Positions 49,164-60,275 of a DNA stretch of 64,000 nt are shown here, piece after piece. A model generated the notes under the pieces. That model did no database searches. It worked only from the letters and a program-made list of their open reading frames with translations, and was not told where the DNA came from. This DNA is from Minutocellus sp. GHC0000111 (lineage: Eukaryota). Numbering within the stretch: the stretch's first letter is position 1; every line of letters begins with the position of its first letter. Position numbers and translations under genes: made by a program. Location of the stretch: assembly GCA_977018835.1 (NCBI GenBank), contig OZ361257.1, forward strand, positions 3,224,001-3,288,000, given 5' to 3'.

Positions 49164-49687
49164 TTAGTTGGTGATGTTGTCATGGGGAAGAACCATTACT
49201 GAGTTGGTCCCATTTTAGGTGAGGCACTTCAGGACATTGGAGATTTTGCTAACTTCGCTCGCGTTGTCGGACGACGGAAAGACCGACGTCCGTCCATTTT
49301 TTCTCCCGAACGAAGCTCATCACATGGTGACCCCCGCTCCTGGCCGCTACACATTTTATGACATGGTGTAGACATAACAAAAGTTCTTTTGATAAAGAAG
49401 TGAGCTCGACGACGAAGGAAAAGTGATTTTCAAAAGCAAGGAGCTACACGCAGTGGCCCTTGCTTCTGCCGTGTTTTAATCTTCGCTCTCTCGCTCTCGT
49501 CGTGCACTCAACCGACGGCACGACTCGATCGATTCAACTGACGATTATGCAGACCCTTGGACTATTGGCGGCAGGAAGCATGCGCTGCTCTCCAGAGCCG
49601 CGATCGCCAATCTCTTTGCCAAAGTAGCCAGCCAGCGGCTTTGCCACGAGTTAGTTGGTGGCGGCGGTGCGGCGCGCGCAGTCAGTC

Positions 49688-50070
49688 ATGGATCCTGATG
49701 AAAAACACATTCGACTTGGTGCTGCTACTGCTGTCGCCCCGTTGCGCGATGACGATGCGCTCATTGTGGGGAGCGGCATGAGCTGTCACAATCTGCGCAA
49801 CTTGATGAGCGGAATTGATGTGGAGGAGACAAGCGACGTGTTCGATTCCTGGTTAGCCGACAGCGCAACGTCCGACAATCCCAACGAAATGAAGAAAAAA
49901 GACTCACACAGTGGACCAGCGCCCCAAACGCCAGAGAGGCCCACCCAAGGGAGGGGAACACTTGTTGCCGCTGATGGTTTGTGCCGGTGCGGCTGGATCT
50001 GATCGTGGCAGTGTTTCATTTTCTGATCGAATCATGGGCGCAAAGGTCGTGGCTGTGGAATTTGGTGGCA
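49688..50070 (+). pseudogene. LigB/DODA-type extradiol dioxygenase, C-terminal fragment
   Basis: DPDEKHIRLG...APLRDDDALIVGSGMSCHNL, FDSWL, then a frameshift to WTSAPNAREAHP and EHLLPLMVCAGAAG. Confidence 0.75.
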
Positions 50071-50129
50071 GGCAGGAGGAGGAGGAGGAAGAGAAGAAGA
50101 GAAATGCTGACATGGTGGAGAGGCACACC

Positions 50130-50970
50130 TCGCCTTGATCGAAAAAATCAATGCAATGCGCAAGCAAGTCTCGTGCTGTGCGCATCGATGGCCGGCCTCG
50201 TTGTGTGCGTGGTTGAAATCGTCAGTGCCCGGACGGCCGATGAAACTAAAGACGCAGTTTGCCATGGTGATGGCAGCACACAGGTCGAACTCTTTCTTCT
50301 CTGTGCCTCGTTCTCGACGGTGTAACTGGTGGAGGAGGAGTAGAACCCTTGCTGCGTGAGGGTTGTCTGGTTGCGACGTCTGCCGATTACCAAGTCCAAA
50401 GTGGAGGTAGGTGTTTTCTCCGGCTTTGTCCGAGGCGGCGTCACCATCGTCCTCTGCCGTCTTGAGGCCGAGCCTGCCGGCCCAAACTGAACGAGGTCTT
50501 TGATCCTTCGTTTTGAATTTTGCCGACCTCGTGCCTCGCGGATCACGCTGTGCAATTGCATGCCGATCTCACGGACAGAAGCTGAAACATCATGTCGTTG
50601 TGTGAATTGGCAACAGACTCGACAGCCTCACGACCATTGGCATGCTGAATGCCATGGACTGCACCTACCTGTCGGCACAGCAGCATCCGATGTGTGTGGG
50701 CGGTTGTTGATGACATAAACGCGGGGTTAAGATGCGGCGGAATGAGGGATTGGGGTTGGGGAGAGGACGCTTTCCCTCCTTTCTTGCGGCGTCTTCTCTT
50801 CTTCTGTTTGCCGACGGAAGGAGACACATGGGATCCGACATTATTAGGAGGGGAGGGGGGGAGTTGGCGAGCTTTCTTTGACGATTTCGGCTTCGGCTTC
50901 CGACTACGACTGCGCTTCTTCTCGGAGGAGCCGCGCTCATTTTTTTGTTCGATGATTGGCATGCGTGCCA
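50130..50970 (-). pseudogene. Decayed coding fragment of unknown family
   Basis: Broken frames with protein-like segments (EKKEFDLCAAITMANCVFSFIGRPGTDDFNHAHNEAGHRCAQHET); Tyr nearly absent. Confidence 0.35.
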
Positions 50971-51142
50971 TGCGGCGAGGCTTGGTACAAGCTAGTATGC
51001 ACATGCTAGCACAGGCCGGTGCAGACGGCAAGGTGGAGCGGTGGGATGGGGGCCGTCATGAGGGCAAGAAACGGACGGCCAGAAAGACTGCTGACAAAAA
51101 GGAGGTAGCGCGGGTTTTCCGCGTTTCTGAGTTTTACTCACC

Positions 51143-52408
51143 ATGTCCAGTGATGAAGAGAACACATCCGGCGTTGCCAATCCAGCGTCGTCTTTCGCTC
51201 TCCCTACCGTCATCGATGAACGAGATGGATACGACGAGGAGTCGTCCTCTCTGGAACTTCGAAAGGATAGGACCGTGTACAGCCGTACGGTCACGATCAC
51301 ACCGCCAAAGCCGGAACCCTTGTGGTCTCCCAACAAGGCGACACCAAAGAAAAAGAAGAGCGACGTGAAGAGCAGCAGCAGCAGCCAGGACAAGGAAGTC
51401 AACAGCCCGAACCCATTCGAGGTGGCTCTGTCGCCATTCAAGGATATGATTGACGCAATTAGCCAGCATGGAGAGAACAAGAAGAAGGAGGCGGCCAGGA
51501 CGGAGGCGGAGATCAAGGAGGAGGCGCGAAAGCGCGTCGAGAGGGTCACCGGCAAGGTATCGGATATTGCCGCCGAAGTTATCTTTATTCATGGTAGCTG
51601 CGCCTCATCGTCTCAGTTTGATCAGCTTCTCAGTGCCATATGGGAACGCTTCTATGACGATCATGACGGCAGTTCTCCTCCAAACGTTACGAAAAAGATC
51701 CGCTGCCATCTCTTCGATGCCATTGGATGCGGTTCATCCCCTGGATGCGGTTCATCCCCTCACGATCCCAACGATTGGGCGGCATATGGATGGGAAGAGC
51801 AGATGAAAGACATTGAGGAGTACGTCAACATCATCTCTGCCACGTCCACATCTTCAACGCCTATTTATCTCGTGGGACACTCGTACGGATCATCCCAACT
51901 TGTACGTCTCGTGCCTCTCTTACCGGAAGCGATCTCATCGCGCATCAAGGGCATCGTCCTTCTTTCTGGCGCGCTTGCCAATGGACCCAGTGACGTCCCA
52001 AAGGATGATGCGCCCTGCGTGTTTTGTCTACCAGTCTTTATGGTCAAAATCCTTCAGTCCAAAATGAATGATGTTTTTCTTGAGAAGGCCTACCACCCTA
52101 TGGCCAAGGAGGAATTGGTGGCTCGGGGGAAAATGATCTGCGAAGGCAACGATATGGCCATCGTCAAGGCATTTTACAAGCAATGGCATTGGGCGACCAA
52201 AGAAGATGCCGCAAAGGTTACTACAAAGGCAGTTGTAGTCCATGGCGCAGAGGATAGGCTTATCATTCCGGATGCCGGAGAGCATCTGAATGACATGCTT
52301 CCCAACTCCGAATTCAAATCCATTCCCAATGCAAGCCACCAAGTTATGGAGGAAAAATCGAAAGAAGTTGCCGATATCCTCCTTTCCCTTATTGAAACCA
52401 CCAAGTGA
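51143..52408 (+). CDS. Alpha/beta hydrolase fold protein
   Basis: FIHG, DAIGCGSS, LVGHSYG nucleophile elbow, HGAEDRLI, ASHQVMEE. Confidence 0.9.
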   Translation: MSSDEENTSGVANPASSFALPTVIDERDGYDEESSSLELRKDRTVYSRTVTITPPKPEPLWSPNKATPKKKKSDVKSSSSSQDKEVNSPNPFEVALSPFKDMIDAISQHGENKKKEAARTEAEIKEEARKRVERVTGKVSDIAAEVIFIHGSCASSSQFDQLLSAIWERFYDDHDGSSPPNVTKKIRCHLFDAIGCGSSPGCGSSPHDPNDWAAYGWEEQMKDIEEYVNIISATSTSSTPIYLVGHSYGSSQLVRLVPLLPEAISSRIKGIVLLSGALANGPSDVPKDDAPCVFCLPVFMVKILQSKMNDVFLEKAYHPMAKEELVARGKMICEGNDMAIVKAFYKQWHWATKEDAAKVTTKAVVVHGAEDRLIIPDAGEHLNDMLPNSEFKSIPNASHQVMEEKSKEVADILLSLIETTK

Positions 52409-52822
52409 AGTTGAGAAAGATACGTGTATCCGCATTTGGTGCAAAATACCATGGTATATATTTCTTGTACATTTATTATTTTTATGGTATGGTTATTTCT
52501 GTTCGAAAACGCAACGGCATGCCAAGACATTGAATTAGCTAGACGGTCGAGCGAACACAATGCACATAAGTGGTTGTGACCTCGACTAGTGATGAGAACA
52601 CAAGACGATAGGTTTAATTCGTCGTTTATCATCCGGTTTGGCGAGTCCATTGCATGTATTCCTTCCGTTGTCGGCATTTATATTTGTGAAGTGTACCTTT
52701 TTAGAAGTTGGCACGATTTGAACTCAAATAAAATAATTTAGAATTATTCAGGAATTCCTATTTAGATCTGCAATGTGCTGTACTTCAATCTTCTTACTTT
52801 CTTTGTACCGTATTATTATGCT

Positions 52823-54423
52823 TTATCGCTTTACTTCTTTGAGTGCCTCAGCCATGTCTTCCAGAGTTATCAGTAGATCTTCCACCCCGTTCCCTTCTTG
52901 ACGCGCTCGAGCCAGAGCTATTGAACCTGCACATCGCACCAATCCGGTACAATCGGCTCCAGAGAATCCACCAGTGTGTGCATCCGCCGCCAGATCCACT
53001 ATCCGTTGTCCAGAGAGGGATCGTTTGATAGATTTGCCAAAGGATCGGAGCGACGATACTGGTTTTTCATCTTGATTACCTTTTCTTACCCCATCAATGG
53101 CTTGACATAAAGGCTTGCTTAGTCGACCCCTTCGGCGAAGCGCCTCCACATGAATTTTCAATATTTCTCGCCGCCCTTCTCTATCCGGGAATGGAATCTT
53201 CACTTGCACCTCCAATCGACCAGGTCTCAACAATGCATCGTCAAGCAATTCACGTCGGTTGGTCATGCCGATTACTAGAACATTTGGAATAGCGTTGATG
53301 CCGTCGAGCTTGGCAAGAATTTGATTTACTACACTCGCCCTAGTAGCCTCGCCCGAATCTTCCGCGGCGGTTCTCTTTCGGAACACTGCATCGATTTCAT
53401 CGATCACTACTACATGAAGCATGCTCTTCGAGGCGTCACCTCCGACTGCCTTGAGCTCCATTTCGGCATCCTCAAAGAGCGCTCTGACTAACTCTTCTGA
53501 CGATCCTACCCATCTGTCAAGTAGCTCGGGTGCTGATACTATTTTTGGTGGCCGAGCATGCAGAGCCTTGGCTATTTCTCTTGCTAAAATTGTTTTTCCG
53601 CAGCCTGTGCAAAGAGAACAAGGACAGATGATTAGACGGTGCATGCAAAGTGCGTCAATAGCTCAACAAAACAACAAGAATGAACGACAGACCGGGTCAA
53701 CAACATGACATTTCAACAATGAAATATTTCACCTGGGGGACCATGCAAAAGCACTCCTCGAATAGGATTCAATCCTAGAGCCGCTAATTCTGCTGCCTCA
53801 AGTGAACATTCTTCGTCACTGACACCAAGCTCGTTGGAGAGTGCACGCCCCTGGCATGCCCTTCGCACAATTTCACTAATCTGATCTCGGCAGCCACCAA
53901 CGGATGAGGACAGTGTGGTCTCCAACACTGTTCCTTGATCCCTTCCAGCGGAGCTATTGGTATGTTCTAGCCCTTCTCGCTGACTCTCGAGCAAATGATC
54001 CTCGGGCAAAGAAGCACCCTCCGTAGTGTTGCTGCTGGTCGATGGCTCAAAGAAATCAAACAGAGTGTTGGGGTCCCAACCCAAATTCGACAGTGCCATT
54101 TCTGACTCTGTTTCATCGTCGTGCATGCTCGCCAACACCAAGCCTTTGGGGAGTATGAGTGTTTCCAAAATAGCAGCAGGACCGACATCCATGGCCTCAT
54201 AGTTTCGTTCTGGCCCTCCATATTGAAGCCAACTCTTCTCGTTATCGTCTCCCTTTGATTGGATGACAGTCCGCTCCCCGGCGCGTCTTGGCGTGCCGAA
54301 CTTGCCGCCGGAAAGGAGCCGAAATCTAGTTGCACCACCAAAAAGCATCTTTCCATAGGCCATTGCCCCAGCGGGGGTCCGAATCGGGGCATTCAGGGAA
54401 GACCCACTTGGTAGCAATATCAC
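52823..54423 (-). CDS. AAA+ ATPase (NSF-like D1 domain); intron 53732-53605; 5' end unresolved
   Basis: [13 protein letters not shown] Walker [10 protein letters not shown] Walker [22 protein letters not shown]. Confidence 0.88.
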
Positions 54424-55069
54424 TCCTAACCCTAACGAGATTGCGTGGCATCCTCTACCCTTGTCCGCTCCGTAGGAACCAACTTGATTTTGAGGTTGGG
54501 CGGGGCGCGGGGCGAGGACTGGGCGCGTACAGATGTACCTAGGTACACGTACCTAGGCCTAGGTACCTACTAGCTAGCTAGGTACGCGATTCACGCCATT
54601 TGTTGCATTTCGAATGCGCGTCATCGTCATGCTTCCAACGAGCGGCGCGCGGCGGCGGCGCCGGGGCGCCGGGGGCCATACTCTAGCTACGTAGTAGGCA
54701 GGTTCGAAGGTGCGGTGGTCGAGGCGCGCCGCCGAGAGACTCACTCTACATACATGTATGAAATTATTTGGTGTGAATTGCCTTGACCCTGTTGATCTTG
54801 CCCTCAAGATAGATGACAATGCGATAAACATTTACCATAAATTTAACTGATACATGTGTACATGTACATGAATCGATCGGCAATCTGAATTGGAGACAGT
54901 GTCGATCTGGACTTCGCCGAGACTCTCACCAATCGAGATGATCAACGCTAATAATGCTGACTAGTCTAGAGATCTAGAGTCTATTGATACAACACCTACA
55001 TACGTGTATAAATAAAATCTATGTAAATGTGTATATGTATGACAATTTTCTACATCCCTCGTGAGAGAA

Positions 55070-55362
55070 TAACGCTGTTGATCAGCCTTAACCCCGGGAA
55101 CACCACGGCCTTGAAAATTCTGATTTGCCTCATTCTTGCCCGATCCCCTGCCTTTAGAGCCAAGTATTGATGCAAGCAAGAAGAAGAATCAACAATCTGA
55201 AGGTCCTGTGCACTTCGTCTTGCTTTGAATGGCAGGCTTGCAAAAGGAACGAGACAAAACGATGGTCTCAAGCCGCCAAAATCGGCTCATTGATCACACC
55301 CCGGGAATACCCGGGGCATAATGAATGAGCCTCGGGAACCCCGGAATACCCGGGGTATTTTG
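55070..55362. repeat. Repeated CCCCGGGAATACCCCGGGG-type motifs (probable transposon subterminal repeats)
   Basis: Copies at about 55072 (GGGAACACC variant), 55299 and 55338. Confidence 0.45.
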
Positions 55363-55608
55363 ACACGTTTCTTCAGGAGGGATATAAACATTTTATCAAA
55401 CGACATAATCAGGCGATCAATGTATGTATGCACATAAGTTTATGTGTCTCTAGCTAGAGACTCTAGATCTACCGGACGGAATGAACAAGCTTTGGTTTGC
55501 CGTAGACTGCACATACATGTACATGGACTTCGTACCAATACCAGGTTTCCTCCTCGGCGTTTCTCTATCTTCCTTACCGGTGCTCGGCCCTCCATAACAG
55601 CTGCGTAG

Positions 55609-56747
55609 CTAGTAACAAACTGTGCAGCAGTTGCATTCCATCATGGCAGGTTTGCCGTTGTCACCACTGCCGCAATCAGCCGTGAGGATGCCAAGCTCGC
55701 CCAAAGGTAAAATGTTGTCACAGATGGATGTTGGCACAAGACCTCGGATATTATTGTTGTGCACCTCAATTGATTCGGCAATGAGCAATGCTCCGAGCTC
55801 CATTGGAAGCGTTCCTTCGAGATTGTTGTTGTCTGTGATTAAAAGTTACCAAAAAATGTGATAAATTAGAAATACATGCGACATGAAAGTTGATACTTCT
55901 CCATTCATTCAAGTGCACATGTAATCTCTCAGCCAATTTCAAGTCCTCACTTACCAAGCTTCAACGAGATTACTTCACCAATAAAATTGCAAGTGAGACC
56001 AGCCCACTCGCATTCTGAGCTAGCGCTCAACCATGACGTGTTATCATTCCAGTCCTCGCCCCTGGTAGAAAAGTAGAGCACGACGGCAGCATATCTCTGA
56101 ATGAGCCTATCGTCTCCTGGGCAGAGATGCAGCTCATCGACTGATACAATCCAATTGAATGCTTTTCCTTGCGGAGTAGAGGAATTAGCCAGATCGGACA
56201 TGGATACCATACCAAGCTCTTGTAGCAATTCTTCGTATCGTGCCTCTTCGCTGAGGTTGCAAATTGGTGTGGGTGCAATAGTAGGAGTCATGGTTGGCAT
56301 TGGCGGGGAAGATTCGGGAGAGGCGGATGGAGATTGCAGTCCCATCCCATCTTTGGTTGGAGGATTTGTTGAGGGCGATAGAGTGGTGGTGGCGGCGGTG
56401 GTGGTGGTTGTCGTTGGCTTGGGAATCGATGCAGTATCATCGTTACTAATGGTTGCTTCGTCGTTGCTTGAACTTTTGTTCGTCATGCTAACGCTGCCAC
56501 CAATGAGGCGACGGAAGAAAGACTCGGTCTCGGAGATCTCTTCCATATGCCCAAAGGCTTCATTGATGACGTTTGGTTCGTCGGTCGTTGTTCTTTCGTG
56601 GTGGGAGATATGAGGTGGTGAAACGTGAACAAGATGAAATCGAACACGACGGAGGCCGCCACCGGAAGACGATGCATTTGCGGGGTTTGCAACGGCGCCA
56701 ATGGCGAGCACGACTCAAAGAGTGCGATAAAATGTAGAACAGCTCAT
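55609..56747 (-). pseudogene. Secreted Pro/Thr-rich LRR-cap protein with TGA at codon 11 (exons 56747-55955, 55832-55609)
   Basis: MSCSTFYRTL*VVLAIGA; TPQGKAFNWI..D...LCP, QRYAAVVLYFST, ECEWAGLTC, CNCCTVC; paralog of 60276-61547. Confidence 0.75.
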
Positions 56748-57349
56748 ATTGAAGAAATATGCTTTGGGTTGGGTTGGAAGATAAGCTAGAATTGCAATTG
56801 TGAAGCGACTTGATACTTTGGAATTTATGGCGGCTCGAGCAATATTGTGTGGAGGTCAAGTGCAATAGTAGTAGATACAAACCCGTCTCCTTTTAGGCGT
56901 TAGATACTCGGTGGCTTGTGGAAGCTGCGCGATGTTGCAAGTGCTGAAGAGGCGCTTGTGATTTGAATTCGATTGAGAAAAGGTGCCTGGATGCCTGGTC
57001 GATACACAAGGCTAAGACTGGCGGAGCACGCCCTGGCCTGCTTTTCGAATTCGAAGATGTTTTGGACAAAATAGGGAGGAAAAAGCGCTTTGTGCTCTTC
57101 AACTAAACGGCTCGGACCGAAACGACCACGGCGATATGAGAAAGTTGTGGGAGACCATCTGTGTCGTCAGAGCGTTGTACTTGCCATTCACATGTTTCCC
57201 TGTGATTGCCACATTCGTTGAGTGTCGATTATCCCGGTCCAACCACCTCTGTTCTTCATCTCTCGGCTACCTTCTTCAAGCACGAGCACGGCCCGAGCAT
57301 CGGCTACTTTGTGCCTTCTTCTTTCTGCGTACCTTTTCATACCACAGAG

Positions 57350-59597
57350 ATGGTTTCGATGAAACAAGGAGATCGGGGCCGTCCGAAGGATTTAGATGGT
57401 GGCTCGTCTCGATGTGAGTTCATCCCCTAAGCGGTACTACTCGGCGGTTGCAATACAATTGCTTGCCGGGCTTTTCACCCACGATGTATTGCGTTCTTCA
57501 TTTCTCATCACTACTTTTCATCCCACTTACTTCTCCGCAGCTTACCGCACGCCGCCATCGTCCCGATCAAACTCTCGATCGCCTTCAATGTCTCCTTCCA
57601 TATCACCCTCGTCCCCGTCGAGGGGTGCCATTGGTGTGTTGGGTTACAAGACGAGGCAGTCCAAGAAGAGCTATCGCCCTTCTAGTGGCCTTACTCAGCT
57701 GGCAAGGTCTCTACCTTCCTTGGACCATTCGGAGTCTACTAGTACCCGCAGGAAAAACAAACCCGCCAAAAGAGGGTCACAAGCCACCCCAAGAAAGAAG
57801 GTGACGGCTATCAAGCGCTATGTTCCCAGGGAGAACTCTCTCGAACTTTCAGATGTATTCCTCGATCAAGAGGGAAAGAATATTCACGGTGAGGATAGCA
57901 ACAGGTCGATGAGCACCGAGGGCACATCACCAGATTCCTGGCACGGATCTGCAGAATCTTTTTCAACGACATCGCTGTCTTCAAGTGTGGGCAGATGGGT
58001 CGGATCGAATGACAGTATAGAGGACACACCCTCGTCGCCTACTGATGAATCGGAGCATTCCAAGACTTCGTCAAAGAGCAGCAACAGCAGTGGCGATGCA
58101 ACGACTTGCGCGAGCAATCTCAGTGACATCGTCAAGGCCAGACGTAAGGTGGCATCAAAATCAAGTGCTGCGAGTACAGCAGATGAGTTCTTTGAGACAT
58201 GCCAGGCACCGATTTCATCGGATATTGATGAGTTGGACCTCATGGAGTACATGGGATCTGGCACAACTTCTGCCGCAAGGGCCCAGTCTACGCTACAGTC
58301 TACGCTAGCCATGCACTCCAAAAATAATGAGGCAGCGGTCAGGTTGACCAAGGACATCGACGCGTTCGTCGACACCGTTCAAGCCGCCAGTGCGAGCAGA
58401 AAGATGGGTGGGTCAAGCAGATGTCTTAGCGATACAAATCTCGTGTCGCAATATCTGATAAAGCAGCAGGAGATTGAGCGACTCCACAATGTCACAGCTG
58501 AGCGCAAAAGGGAAGCTGTCAGATTCAAGCAAATGGCCGACGAACGTTCTTCTTCGATGCCAGGAAGGCCCTCGCCCAAGCCCGCCAAGACCTCGAGAAG
58601 AGGAAGTACCGGCGCCATTCGTTTGGCCAAAGAAGAATCAGGGAAACGGCGTTCTCAGCTAGCCAGGTCAGGGCGTGGCACAAAAGATCTCCCTTCAATG
58701 GTCAGCTCCCAAAGTACGGGAGGCATCCTCAAGCAGAAACATCAACGGCGATACTCCACTGGCGCATCCAGCAGTTGTGGTAGTGGTCTGGATATAAGTA
58801 GCGCGAGTGATTCTTTCCATGACAGTTCGACCACCTTCCTGAGTCAAGACAGCACTGCTTCTAGCAGATCTACATCCAATTTCTCCGTAAAGTTCAAGAA
58901 GCCAACAATCATTACGTACGAGAAGGAGCAGGACTATCGCACACCCTACGACAGTGGTGGCCGACGCCGACGCCCGTCCAAACCTTACACTACTACAAAC
59001 GCAACGGATCTGAATGATGCTATTCAGAATGAGGTCGTTGCTCGCCGCCTAGTATCGGCAACCGCCGGGAGGCGAACTGCTGGTAGACGCAATTCCATGC
59101 CTGCTGGACATATCGGTGAAAGCCTGCCCACCAGCACTTTGTTGCCATCCACTAAGCCCAACGGTACATTTATGACCCGACGTTCAACAACGGATATGAT
59201 CTCAAGTATGGAACAACGTCTTCGTCGTTTATCGAACGAAAGCAGTGATGAAGAATCTCCTTTGCGCAATCGACCGATTTATTCAGAATGCGCAGCAAGT
59301 GATAGACTACCGGTACCTGAATGTAGTGACCAAGTGTCAACACTGAATTACTCCAGCAATGTCTCAAGACGTCTGAGTGGAGATGCCGTCAATTCTTTCT
59401 ATCAATGCCCTGAAGACAATGCACTAGATGCCACGGTGCATGGAGTCGGTGAGAGAGGAGCTACAGCTACATTTTCCTTTCCCGAAGAACCAAGATCCAG
59501 CCCAAGATCGAGTCCGAGATCTCACCGGGTGGTGACAAAGCCGCCATCAAAAATGGAAATGGCCATGAAAGCAATGGGCTTTGGAAAAGGAAGGTGA
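57350..59597 (+). CDS. Ser/Arg-rich low-complexity protein (exons 57350-57413, 57541-59597)
   Basis: 733-aa ORF; a GT-AG intron 57414-57540 joins an ATG exon in frame. Confidence 0.7.
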
Positions 59598-60275
59598 AAT
59601 AAATGTCTGCTACCGGTACTAGCTAGCTAGAGAAGGCTCTACCGGTGGGTAGCTACGGTAGTTCCAATTACTAGTATTCATAATTCATAATTATTTTTTG
59701 CAGTAAATCTCTCAAACTAGAGCTAGCTAGATCTAGCTAGCTAGACTAATGTACCCTTCGTTGTATCATCGCAATCCGCCAATCCGGAGGAGTCGCGAGG
59801 AGGCTCAGTCGTCAGTCTGCCGACAAACCGATTCCAATTTACAGGCCTACCAATCTCCCCAAGGGAGGTCGACTCGACTCGTTCGACCGTTCTTGGAGCT
59901 AAATCGATGCCATTCGACCAAATTCAATCGGAGCCGCCAAAAATGATCGGAAGATACGACAATAGAGGTACAATCTCTGCCTGTCTCTGTTGTTTGACAG
60001 GCGAAAGTAGCCAGCGCGCTATCGTCCCGCCCACACTCTGACCCCTTGACCTGCTACTCCTCCACCCCATCTTTGCCATTTCGCTCTCCGAAAGGACTGC
60101 AAAGGTATACATCAACATTGGTTGACAAAGTAGCGTTCGGCCAATCAATTGCATTGGTTGATTCATTCGTTGCGCAGACAATACAGCCAATAGATTCAGT
60201 TCTCGACTTTCTTGGTGCTGATTTCCCAATTCACTGGCTTCGCTTCATTCCAAAAAAGAACAACGTACGAAGAAC

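Noticed and set aside
44454..56717. Stop-codon reassignment as an explanation for the in-frame TAA and TGA
   Set aside because: TAA, TAG and TGA all terminate well-conserved genes in this window.
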